Source of the DNA: an uncultured Thermoleophilia bacterium | Lineage (GTDB): Bacteria > Actinomycetota > Thermoleophilia > UBA2241 | Reading direction: 5' to 3' | DNA: 64,000 bases | NCBI GenBank assembly: GCA_903927755.1 | Contig: CAIYOD010000013.1 | Span: forward strand, 1,799-65,798 | Shown: piece after piece, positions 18,023 to 27,348 of the stretch | Numbering within the stretch: position 1 is the first letter of the stretch | Layout of the letters: every line of letters begins with the position of its first letter | Notes under the pieces: model-generated | What the model was told of the DNA's origin: nothing | The model's database searches: none | What the model saw: only the letters and a program-made list of their open reading frames with translations | Position numbers and translations under genes: made by a program

Positions 18023-20755
18023 CTACTTCGCGGCGGCTCCGTGCGACTCCGCCGCCGGTTCCTTCTCCATGCGGACGGCGCAGACCTTGAACTCCGCCGT
18101 CATCGTCACGGGATCGCCCTCGGCGTTGGTCAGCTCGTTGACCGGGGACTCCTTGAAGTGGAACGTCATGAACATCGTCCCCGGGGGCACCTTCTCCGTG
18201 AGGGTGATCCGGGTCGTGATGGAGCCGCGCCGTGAGCTCACGCGGATCAGCTCGTCCTCGACGACGCCGAGCCGCTCGGCGTCCGCCGGGTTGACCTCGG
18301 CCAGTTCGTAGGGCCGCAGCCACTCCAGGTTCTGCGAGAGCCGGGTCATGATGTTGTAGTGGTACAGCATGCGCCCGGTGGTGAGCAGCATCGGGTACTC
18401 GTCGTCGACGAGCTCCGCGGGCTCTTGGAACGGGATGCCCTGCAGCAGGCCTTTGCCGCGCGTGAACCGGCCCTCGTGCAGGAACGGTGTGCCGGGATGG
18501 TCCTCGGTCGGGACCGGCCACTGCAGGCCGACGGTCCCGAGCCGCTCGTAGGTCATGCCCGCGTACTGCGGCACCGCCGTGCGGATCTCCTCGAAGATCG
18601 CCTCCGGCGAGTCGTAGTCCCAGTCCATGCCCATGCGCTTGCCGAGCTCCAGGATGATCTCCCAGTCCGGCTTCGTGTCGCCCGGGGGCTCGACGGCCTT
18701 GCGCACGCGCTGGACGCGGCGCTCGGTGTTGGTGAACGTGCCGTCCTTCTCCGCGTACAGCGCCGCCGGCAGGAACACGTCGGCGTACTTGGCCGTCTCG
18801 GTCATGAAGATGTTCTGCACCACGAGGAAGTCGAGGTTCTCGAGCGCCTTGCGCACGTGGTTGGCGTCGGCGTCGGTGAGCGCCGGATCCTCGCCCATGA
18901 TGAACATCGCCTTGAGCGTGCCGTGCACGGCGAGCTCGAACATCTCGGGGATGCGCAGGCCCATGTCCTGCGGCATCTGCACGCCGTAGGCCTCGCTGAA
19001 CTTCTTCTGCGCCTCGAAGTCGAGCACGCTCGGGTAGCCCGGGAAGGAGTTGGGCAGCGCGCCCATGTCGCACGAGCCCTGCACGTTGTTCTGGCCGCGC
19101 ATGGGGTTCACGCCCGCGTTCGGGAAGCCGATGTGGCCGGTGACCATGCCGAGGTTGGCGAGGTTCATCACGTTGGCCGTGCCGACGGTGTGCTCGGTGA
19201 TGCCGAGTGTGTAGAAGATGCCGGCCTTGCGCGTCGTCGCGTAGAGCTCCGCCGCCGCGACGATCGTCTCCACCGGCACCCCGGTGATCTCCGCGGCGCG
19301 CTCCGCCGGGTAGTCCTTGACGGTCGCCCAGAGATCGTCGAAGCCCTCGGTGCGCTCGTCGATGTATTCCTTGGCGTGCCAGCCGTTGCTGATGATGGTG
19401 TGCAGCATGCCGTTGACAAGCGCGTTGTCCGTGCCGGGCTTGAGCCGCAGCCAGAGGTGCGCGTGCTCGGCGAGCTCGGTGCGTCGCGGGTCGACGACGA
19501 TGAGCTTGGCGCCGCGCAGATGTGCCTGCTTCATCTTGTTGCCGATGATCGGGTGCGCCTCGGTGGCGTTGGACCCGATGATGAACAGCACGTCGTTGCC
19601 GACGATGTCGGCGATCGAGTTGGTCATAGCACCTGAACCCAGCGTGGTCGCCAGACCGGCGACCGTTGGAGCGTGTCAGGTACGGGCGCAGTGATCTATG
19701 GAGTTCGTATTGAGGCCCGCCCGCGTGAGGCGCTGCAGCAGGTAGTTCTCCTCGTTGGTGCAGCGCGCCGAGCTGAGCACGCCCACGGAGAGGTTGCCGT
19801 GCTCGCCGCGGATCTCGAGGAGCCGCCCGGCGACCAGCTCGAGGGCCTCGTCCCAGGTCGCCTTCTCCCAGACGCCGTCCTTCTTGATCAGCGGCGTGGT
19901 GATGCGGTCCGGGCTGTAGATGAGGTCGGTGTGGAAGCGGCCCTTGACGCAGAGCGAGCCCTGGTTGGCCGGCGCGTCGTAGGCGGCGGTGACGCCGACG
20001 ATCTTGTCGCCGGCGACGTTGAGGTCGAAGTTGCAGCCGACGCCGCAGAACGGGCACGTGGTGCGGACCTTCTTGCGGTCCCACGTGCGCACGCCCTTGA
20101 TCTGCTTGTTGGCGATCGCGCCAGTTGGGCAGATGTCGGCACACTGGCCGCAGAAGCGGCAGAAGTCCGACGCGAGCGGATTGTCGAACGAGGCGGCGAT
20201 CTGCGACTCGAAGCCGCGCTCGGTGAAGTCGATGGCGTTGGTGACCTGTACCTCCGCGCAGACGCGCACGCACTTGCCGCAGAGGATGCACTTGTTCATG
20301 TCCCGCTCGATCATCGGGTTGTCGCTCTCGATCGGCAGCTGACGCTTGTCGCCCTCGAACGTGCTCGCCTCGACGCCGTAGCGGTAGCAGTAGTCCTGGA
20401 GGGTGCAGCCGCCCGACTGCTCGCAGGTGATGCAGCCCTGCGGGTGGTCGGAGAGGAGCAGGTCGAGGATGAGCGTGCGCGCCTCGATGACCGCCTGCGA
20501 CTCGGTCTGGAGGACCATGCCGTCGAGCAGTTCCGTGGCGCACGCCGGCATGAGGTTGGGCCGGCCCTCCACCTCGACCACGCACAGCCGGCAGGACGCG
20601 GCCGGGCTGAGCGTCTCGTGGTGACACAGGGTCGGGATGTCGATGCCGAGGTCGCGTGCGGCGTCGAGGATGGTCGTGCCGGCAGGCACCGTCACCTCGC
20701 GGCCGTCGATGGTCGCCTGGATGGTCGCCGTCTCTGCGCCTGCAGGTCCGGTCAT
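18023..20755 (-). CDS. fdhF: Selenocysteine-containing formate dehydrogenase alpha subunit (Mo/W-bisPGD) with N-terminal NuoG-like Fe-S domains, about 910 aa
   Basis: ORFs 19676-20821 and 18023-19627 are in frame across a TGA at 19676-19678 in DHCART-U-HAPTVAGL (FDH active-site motif); 2Fe-2S, HxxxCxxC, two CxxCxxC and CPFCGVGC motifs; RGQNNVQG; GGAGG RBS before ATG 20755. Confidence 0.93.
19646..19664 (-). promoter_or_regulatory. Bacterial SECIS element of fdh
   Basis: GGTCGCC-GGTCT-GGCGACC hairpin starting 11 nt after the UGA, same spacing as the E. coli fdhF SECIS. Confidence 0.85.
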
Positions 20756-20967
20756 GCCGCCTCCGTTCGCTTGCTCCACTGCTGCGTGATGGGCCGCACC
20801 CTGCGCGGCCCGAGCCTCCACTGCGGCGTCGCGCGGTCAGGAGTGCGCGCCGCCGCCTCTACGGACGGTCCCCCCCGCGCGAACCGGGAGGGAGACCGAG
20901 TGTACAACGAGGCGGCGAGGCGGCGAAAGCCGGGCGCCTGCGTGCGGCAGCGCCCGTCCGCGCGACC

Positions 20968-21858
20968 TCAGATGGGCGCGAGGAAGCGCGCCGCCTCCCG
21001 GCGGAACCCGCGCCTGTCCGTCCACATGGCAGGGTGGCCGCCGCGGGCCGTCACCCACAGGCGGCAGTCCGCGATCTCCGTGGCCAGGTGCTGGTGCTGG
21101 CCGACGACGGACGGAAGCTCCTCGTCGCCGAGGCTCGAGGTCAGGAGCACCGGGCAGCGGATGTCGTCGAGGCGGCCGGCGAGCGGGTCCCAGCCGCCGC
21201 GGTCCGCCAGCTCGAGGTGCAGGGCGGCGTCGGCGGCGAGCACGTCGGGCCAGTCGTCGCCGTGAGCCTGCTTCCAGAAGGTGCGCTGAGACGGGCTGAC
21301 GAGCTTGCGGAGCAGGCGAGGCCCCTCTCGCCACATGACCTCGACGATCGAGCCGGGGAACGGCTGCTCGGCGATGCCGGCGTCGCCGGCCGTCTGCGCG
21401 CCGCCGGCTTGCTCTCCGTCCGCGCCCGTCGCCGGACGGCCGATGCGACCGCCGACGATCCTGCGCAGGTCGGCGGGCTCGAGCTTCTCCGGGCAGCTGT
21501 CCGCGACGACGGCCGCGACCTCATCGGGGTGATCGGCGGCTGCCAGAAGGGCCGTCGTGCCGCCGCCGCTGCAGCCCATGAGGGCGTAGCGCCCGGCGCC
21601 GAGGTGGGCGGCAAGCGCCGCCGCCTGCTCGGCGCCGCTCTCCCACCAGTCGAGCGGCCAGGGCGCGATGCGATCGGAGCCACCCGTGCCGAGGAAGTCC
21701 AGGGCGGCCACGTGATGCGTGCGTGCGAAGTACTCGAGCTCTCTGCCGTGGCTCGCCGACGAGGCGGTGCTGCCGGGCAGGATGACGAGGAGAGGCGCAC
21801 TCACCTCGCCGCTCCGGCGGTAGTGCAGCCGGTGTCCCTGCCAGGTGAACGACGGCAT
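20968..21858 (-). CDS. Alpha/beta hydrolase
   Basis: Start MPSFTWQG; DFLGTGGS, GCSGGG nucleophile elbow, GGHP. Confidence 0.85.
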   Translation of the reverse strand: MPSFTWQGHRLHYRRSGEVSAPLLVILPGSTASSASHGRELEYFARTHHVAALDFLGTGGSDRIAPWPLDWWESGAEQAAALAAHLGAGRYALMGCSGGGTTALLAAADHPDEVAAVVADSCPEKLEPADLRRIVGGRIGRPATGADGEQAGGAQTAGDAGIAEQPFPGSIVEVMWREGPRLLRKLVSPSQRTFWKQAHGDDWPDVLAADAALHLELADRGGWDPLAGRLDDIRCPVLLTSSLGDEELPSVVGQHQHLATEIADCRLWVTARGGHPAMWTDRRGFRREAARFLAPI

Positions 21859-21872
21859 CGCGGCCCTCCGTC

Positions 21873-22553
21873 TCAGCCGCCGGTCGCGGCTCGTTCGGCC
21901 CGGTCGCGTATGCCGCGCAGCATGCCCTCTTCCATGATGAAGTGGGCCGGCTCGAGCCCGAACGCCTGGGCGAACGCCGCGGGGGCGGTGCGCCGCCAGC
22001 AGGCGCGGGAGCGGATGACGAGCCGGGTCTCCACGGGGCCGTCCGGCTCGAGGTAGAAGCCCCACGTCCACGCCATCTCCCCGCGGAACAGACTGCCGGC
22101 CTCCTGCGGCGGCTCTCCGGGGGCGCCGCTGCGGACGACGAACGCCCGCGGCGGCTCGATCACGGCCACCGCCATCTTCATGGTCTCGTCGGGGTCGAGC
22201 GTCAGGTAGTCCACGCCGGCGCGCAGGTCCTGCCACTCCGGATGCACGCGATCGGCGCTCTGGACGTTGAGCCCTGCGAGGTTCTCGAGCGCGTCGTAGG
22301 TGTAGAAGCCGCCACGGTTCTGGCCGATCTGCACCAGCCACGGCCAGACCGCTTCGGCGGACGCGCGCACCGTGATGGCGTGCGTCGTCGTGTACAGCGG
22401 GTCGGGGACGAGCTCGTCGCCGGGGAGCGGGCGCGACATCTCGTCGTCCGTCGCGCCCCAGCGCCGCAGGCGCGGCAGAAGCGCGAACCAGTAGGCCGCG
22501 CCCAGCGCTTCCAGCGCGACCGCCGCCAGGGCGACCTTGTGACGGCGCTTCAT
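21873..22553 (-). CDS. SRPBCC-family protein
   Basis: [41 protein letters not shown] conserved actinobacterial motif. Confidence 0.8.
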   Translation of the reverse strand: MKRRHKVALAAVALEALGAAYWFALLPRLRRWGATDDEMSRPLPGDELVPDPLYTTTHAITVRASAEAVWPWLVQIGQNRGGFYTYDALENLAGLNVQSADRVHPEWQDLRAGVDYLTLDPDETMKMAVAVIEPPRAFVVRSGAPGEPPQEAGSLFRGEMAWTWGFYLEPDGPVETRLVIRSRACWRRTAPAAFAQAFGLEPAHFIMEEGMLRGIRDRAERAATGG

Positions 22554-23137
22554 TCGGCCTCGAGCTCCGCGATGACCGCGGCGAAGGCGCCGGCCACCAC
22601 CTCGGCGCCGGCGTCGGTGAAGTGGACGCCGTCGGTGGTGAACGGGCCGTCTCCTTCCTCGGCCGCTGCGGCGAACGCCGGCTGCAGGTCGAGCACGCGG
22701 CAGGAGCTGCGCCCGGCCGCGATCCGTGCGATCGCCTCCGCCACCTCCGTCGCCCGTTCCTCCCAGACGGAGCCCTCGGACTCGAGGACGAGCGGGCGCA
22801 CCACGACGATCCGCGGCGTCCGCGCCTCGGTCCACTCGAGGAGTTCCTCGTAGTCGCCGGCCAGGCGCATGAGCCGCTCCGGCCACGTCCATCCGCTACC
22901 GGCCTCGGACGCGTCCCAGGCGCCCATGACGGCGTCGTTGGCTCCGACCCAGATGAAGGCGCAGTCGACCGGCTCGAGCCCCTGGTAGCGCATCCGAGAG
23001 AGGAGGTCCGCCACGGTGTCACCGGCCCGGCCCCGGTTGAGCAGCCCGTGCTGCGACAGCCGTCGGTCGAGCAGCGGGAAGTAGGCGGCGCCGGGCCACC
23101 CCTCGGTCAGACTGTCTCCCAGGAAGACGATCAGCAT
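22550..23137 (-). CDS. SGNH/GDSL hydrolase
   Basis: FLGDSLT, GAND, DGVH. Confidence 0.9.
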   Translation of the reverse strand: MLIVFLGDSLTEGWPGAAYFPLLDRRLSQHGLLNRGRAGDTVADLLSRMRYQGLEPVDCAFIWVGANDAVMGAWDASEAGSGWTWPERLMRLAGDYEELLEWTEARTPRIVVVRPLVLESEGSVWEERATEVAEAIARIAAGRSSCRVLDLQPAFAAAAEEGDGPFTTDGVHFTDAGAEVVAGAFAAVIAELEAE

Positions 23138-23262
23138 GGACCAAGTCTATGCGGTCGCAGCCGCCCGCGATACGCTCGTCCAGAGAGGACGCGACGGTCC
23201 CGACCGGGGGGAGCGATGAAGCAGACGGTTCTGGGCGAGCAGGCGGCTGGGGCCGGTGCGCG

Positions 23263-23868
23263 ATGAGCGCCGAGCACGACGGGCGGCCCGGCCCGCCGCC
23301 GGAGCCGGGCCGCGCCGAAGCGTTCGCGGCCCGGCTGTTCACCAACCTGCTTCTCAGCCCGCTCTATCGCCGCTACGTGGACGAGATGGATCTGCGCGGC
23401 GACGAGCTCGTCCTCGACTACGGCTGCGGGAGCGGGGCGGCCGCCCGCCATCTGGCGAAGCGCCTTCGGCCTGGCGGCGGCCACCTGACGTGCATGGACG
23501 TCTCCGAGCGCTGGCAGCGCACCGCGAAGAAGGCGCTTCGCGCCTATCCGGACGTCGAGTTCCGGCGCGGCGATGTGCGCACGCTGGGTCTGCCGGCAGC
23601 GAGCTTCGACGTCGTGCTCGTCCATTGGATGCTGCACGACATCCATCCGCGGGACCGGCCTTCGGTCGTCGCGGAGCTCGCGCGACTGCTGCGCCCGGGA
23701 GGACGCCTGTTCTCGCGCGAGCCGACGGCCGCCAAGCACGGTATGCCGGCGGCGCGGGCGCGCGAGGTGTACGCCGCTGCCGGCCTGTGCGAATCGCTCG
23801 CGAGCGAGGGCAGGCTGCCGATCATCGGCGAGTACTACCGCGCCGTCTGGACCAGGCCGGTGGGCTGA
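23263..23868 (+). CDS. Class I SAM-dependent methyltransferase
   Basis: VLDYGCGSG, SFDVV, LLRPGGRL. Confidence 0.88.
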   Translation: MSAEHDGRPGPPPEPGRAEAFAARLFTNLLLSPLYRRYVDEMDLRGDELVLDYGCGSGAAARHLAKRLRPGGGHLTCMDVSERWQRTAKKALRAYPDVEFRRGDVRTLGLPAASFDVVLVHWMLHDIHPRDRPSVVAELARLLRPGGRLFSREPTAAKHGMPAARAREVYAAAGLCESLASEGRLPIIGEYYRAVWTRPVG

Positions 23869-23953
23869 CTTCCAGCCTGCGTCGCCGGTCCGTCCGCCTG
23901 GCCGCGCCGGCCGGGGCCGTACGCGAGAAGGCCGGCGGCGCTTGCCGTCGGCC

Positions 23954-24080
23954 ATCCCGACCTCCACCTCTCAGGGGCTCGCCAGAGACCCCCCTGACTC
24001 CGGATCAGGTATCTGCTTAACGAAGGAGAGGGGGTGAACCTTTCGCGGGGCCCGTCACGGCGACACCTGCACCGTCGGAT
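23954..24080. ncRNA. Candidate structured non-coding RNA (family unknown)
   Basis: Between convergent genes; ends pair (ATCCCGAC/GTCGGAT; CAGG..TCGCC/GGCGA..CCTG) and enclose hairpin CCTGA-CTCCGGA-TCAGG plus an anti-SD-like tract. Confidence 0.3.
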
Positions 24081-24089
24081 CGCGCCTCT

Positions 24090-25106
24090 CTACGCCACCG
24101 GCTGCTGCTGGGTGACGCAGTGGACGTTGCCGTCGGCCTTGGCGAGTTCGAGCGTCGGGACGGGGACGACGGTCCGCTTGGGGAAGAGTCGCGTGAGCAC
24201 GTCGCGCGCCACGTCGTCGGCAGGGTCGCCGAAGGCCGGCATGATGACGGCTCCGTTCGCGACGTAGAAGTTGACGTAGCTGGGTGAGAGCCGGCGCCCC
24301 AGGAACTCAGGGCGCGCCGGCATGGGCAGCTCGACCACCTCGAGCGCGCGGCCGCGAGCATCGGTCGCCGCGCGCAGCCGTGCCAGGTTCTCCTGCACCG
24401 CGGCGTACTGCGAGTCGGCAGGGTCCGCGCAGCCAAGGGCCACCACGACGCCTGGGGCCGCGAAGCAGGCGAGGTTGTCGACGTGGCCGCCGGTGTTGTC
24501 GTGGTCGAGCGCCGAGTTGAGCCAGAGCACCTTCTCGGCGCCGAGGTACTCGCAGAGCAGCCGCTCCGCCTCGTCGCGCTCGAGACCGGGATTGCGGCGG
24601 GGATCGAGCACCACCTCGGCGGTGGTCAGGACGGTCCCCTCGCCGTCCACGTGCACCGCTCCGCCCTCGAGCACGAGCGGCGCGGCGAAGCGCCTCGTCC
24701 CGAGCAGATCGAGGATCCGTTTGGCCATGGTGCGCGTGCGGCCGTACTCCTCGTAGATGCCGCCGTAGGCGTTGAAGCGCCAGTCGACGCCGCCCAGACC
24801 GCCGCGACCGTCGGTGACGAACGTCGGCGCCGTGTCCCGCGCCCAGGAGTCGTCGCTGGGGACGACGACCACCTCGGCGCCTGCGACGCCGGCGAGCTCG
24901 GCGCGCGTCGCGCCGGCGTCTTCCTTGTTGGCGGTCATCGTCAGCGGCTCGAAGGGGGCGATCGCGCGCGCGACCTCTGCGTACGTCGCGCGCGCCTTCT
25001 CGAGGTCGTCCCAGTTCTCCGGCCGGCATGGCCAGGCCATCCAGCAGCCGGCGTGCGCCGCCCACTCCGCAGGCATGCGGAAGCCGGCCTCACGCGGAGT
25101 CTTCAT
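24090..25106 (-). CDS. aguA: Agmatine deiminase family protein
   Basis: MPAEW, DSWARD, LEGGA, GHVD, SYVNFY, GNVHCVTQQQP (catalytic Cys); start could be up to 25136. Confidence 0.9.
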   Translation of the reverse strand: MKTPREAGFRMPAEWAAHAGCWMAWPCRPENWDDLEKARATYAEVARAIAPFEPLTMTANKEDAGATRAELAGVAGAEVVVVPSDDSWARDTAPTFVTDGRGGLGGVDWRFNAYGGIYEEYGRTRTMAKRILDLLGTRRFAAPLVLEGGAVHVDGEGTVLTTAEVVLDPRRNPGLERDEAERLLCEYLGAEKVLWLNSALDHDNTGGHVDNLACFAAPGVVVALGCADPADSQYAAVQENLARLRAATDARGRALEVVELPMPARPEFLGRRLSPSYVNFYVANGAVIMPAFGDPADDVARDVLTRLFPKRTVVPVPTLELAKADGNVHCVTQQQPVA

Positions 25107-25210
25107 GGCTGCTGGCACGCGGTCGTCAGGGTCCACCTCCAGGTCCCCGGCAGCATATCGCAGCGCCGGCGCGGCACGGGGTAGAGTAGCGAGGTCGACC
25201 GGGAGGGACC

Positions 25211-25810
25211 ATGCGCGCCGAACCGCAGCTCCTCAGCGCTCGCTCCGTGCGCTGGCTCGACGCGGGCGTCGTCGTCTGGATCGTCGTCTGGATCGTGCTC
25301 GGCGCTCTCATCTGGCACGACATCGGCGCCCAGGCGCAGCTCAGCGCCGACGTGATCAAGGTCGGCACGGCGGTCAAGGACACGGGCCAGGCGCTCGGGG
25401 TCGTCGGCGGTCTGCCGCTCGTCGGCGGGCAGATCGGCGACTTCGCCGACAGGATCGAGGCGATGGGCGCCGAGGTCGAGGCCAGCGGGCAGGACAGCCG
25501 CAGCAGCATCCGTCGCACGGCGGTGATCGCCGGCCTCGGCGTGGGGATCCTGCCGGCCGCGCTCGTCCTGCTGCTCTATCTGCCGGCGCGAATCCGCTGG
25601 AAGCGCTACGTGGGGGCGATCGCGGGGGCGCTGCCGGGCGCCGCAGGCGACCCGGCATTCGAGCAGTACTTGGCACGCCGGGCCATCGACGCCCTCCCGT
25701 GGGATTCGCTGCGGGCGATCACGCCGGACCCGTGGGGCGACGTCCGGCGCGGCGAGTGCCGGGCGCTCGCCGACGCCGAGCTCGAGCGCGTAGGACTGCG
25801 CCGCCCCTGA
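25211..25810 (+). CDS. Hypothetical membrane protein (2 TM)
   Basis: GGAGGG RBS, two hydrophobic segments, LADAELERVGL C-terminus. Confidence 0.75.
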   Translation: MRAEPQLLSARSVRWLDAGVVVWIVVWIVLGALIWHDIGAQAQLSADVIKVGTAVKDTGQALGVVGGLPLVGGQIGDFADRIEAMGAEVEASGQDSRSSIRRTAVIAGLGVGILPAALVLLLYLPARIRWKRYVGAIAGALPGAAGDPAFEQYLARRAIDALPWDSLRAITPDPWGDVRRGECRALADAELERVGLRRP

Positions 25811-25843
25811 TCGGGCGGGCGCTCTGCCCCTGTCGCCCGCCCG

Positions 25844-27142
25844 CTACCGCACCGTCAGGCGATTGCTGCCGAGCGGCGCCCGGGCGGCGTTGCCGCTCAG
25901 GTCACGCGCCTCCACCACGTAGCGGTACACGCCGCGCGCCAGCTTGCAGGTGAAGTGCACGCGGCGCTCGGGGCCGGTGCCTTTGAGGCCGAGCGTCAGG
26001 GTCTTCTTGAGCGCGCCCGCGCGCGAGCGGATGCGGATCGCCACCGTGGCGCTCGCGGAACCTTCGTCGGTCACGCGGTAGTACAGGGTGGCCCGCTGGC
26101 CCTTGCGGACCGAGGCCGGGTGCGGCGCGAACGTCCTCGGCCCCACGGTGTCGCCGCCGCCGTTGCCGGCCCACGCGTTGTACGCTGCGTTGAGGAGCGG
26201 GACGAACTCGGCCGTGGCCTTCTGGTCGCCGGTGGCGTTCGGGTGGCTGTCTCCGCCGCTCGGGTAGGCGAGGCGGTCGGCGCCGTCGTCGGTCTTGTGC
26301 TGGACCGCGCCGTTCCAGACGCGATGGTGGTTGCCCCCTACGCTTCCCAGGTCGCTGGCGCCGCCCGGGGCGCTGCTGCTCAGCACGTTGTAGAAGTCGA
26401 AGACGAGCACGTTGCCCGCGGTGTAGCCGGCGTCCTGCAGCCAGTGGTCGACGAGCCAGCTCGCGAGCGCACGGCCGCCGGGAGTGTCCGAGCCCGCCAC
26501 CGGAGGCGCCACGACGGCGACGAACAGTTTCTCGGGATGGGCGCCGAAGTAGGGGAGCAGGTCGACGTAGATGCCCTTGGCGTTGGCGACCGTGAAGTCG
26601 TCGCCACCCCACGACTGACCCTTCATCGGGTTGTCGGCGATCGCCGGCACCGGCGAGTTCGGCCCGTTCAGCTGCGAGTTGGGGAAGCAGCTCTTGAACA
26701 TGATGATCTCGTTGGCACCGCCGGGGTCGCCGGCCAGGCGTGAGTAGCTGGAGTGCTGGCCGTTCTCGGCGTAGAGGGCCGTCAGGTACGTGGCCGACGA
26801 TGAGCCGCGGAACCAGGTCCACCAGTGACCGATGTCGGTGCTGTCGCCGATCGAGCCCGGGCCCCAGTCGTAGTTGGTGTCGCTGACGAAGTAGTTGTTG
26901 TCGCGCAGGGCGATGCCGAGTCCGCCGTGACCGTCCTCCAGCCAGGCCTGGCCTGTGGAGTGATGGATGAAGACGAGCTTGACGGGAGAGGCCGGCGGCG
27001 CCGTGTTCACGGCCGCGCCCGCCGGGAGCGGGCGCGCGGCAACCACGGCCAGCACCGCGGCGACGGCGAGGCAGACACCGAGCAGGCGCGTGATCCGCAG
27101 TCGCGAGAGGCCGGCGCCGGCGCCGGCGGATGGATGGCTCAT
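25844..27142 (-). CDS. Secreted SGNH-like protein with a basic C-terminal beta-rich domain
   Basis: Signal peptide, FIHHSTG, IMFKSCFP, DSHPN; C-terminal about 100 aa DTVGP...ARDLSGN...LTVR. Confidence 0.75.
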   Translation of the reverse strand: MSHPSAGAGAGLSRLRITRLLGVCLAVAAVLAVVAARPLPAGAAVNTAPPASPVKLVFIHHSTGQAWLEDGHGGLGIALRDNNYFVSDTNYDWGPGSIGDSTDIGHWWTWFRGSSSATYLTALYAENGQHSSYSRLAGDPGGANEIIMFKSCFPNSQLNGPNSPVPAIADNPMKGQSWGGDDFTVANAKGIYVDLLPYFGAHPEKLFVAVVAPPVAGSDTPGGRALASWLVDHWLQDAGYTAGNVLVFDFYNVLSSSAPGGASDLGSVGGNHHRVWNGAVQHKTDDGADRLAYPSGGDSHPNATGDQKATAEFVPLLNAAYNAWAGNGGGDTVGPRTFAPHPASVRKGQRATLYYRVTDEGSASATVAIRIRSRAGALKKTLTLGLKGTGPERRVHFTCKLARGVYRYVVEARDLSGNAARAPLGSNRLTVR

Positions 27143-27348
27143 GACTCCTCCTGGTCGCGGGGTCGCATGAGCTTAGAACGGCCGAAGCGGGAGGACCATG
27201 AGGCCGGACCGGCCATATCCGTCGTCCGGCCCGGCAACGCGGCACGCCGCGGGGGCACCGATGGGCGCCCCACCGATGCGTCTGCGAGGCCCCGTATCGC
27301 CCGCCGTCCGATAGGAGGGTCCTCCCATCGGATGGTAGAGTCATCCGC

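Noticed and set aside
18023-20821. fdh as a split pseudogene or two genes
   Set aside because: The TGA falls exactly at the catalytic Cys/Sec position and is followed by a SECIS hairpin
23954-24080. Glycine, SAM-I or TPP riboswitch (fragments CTCTCAGG, GAGAGGTGGAGG, CCTGATCCGG)
   Set aside because: Fragments are incomplete or out of order and there is no sense gene downstream; kept only as an unclassified ncRNA candidate
27285-27335. Inverted repeat TCCGATAGGAGG-GT-CCTCCCATCGGA upstream of DUF2207
   Set aside because: Single imperfect palindrome with no cognate regulator nearby; cannot be supported further
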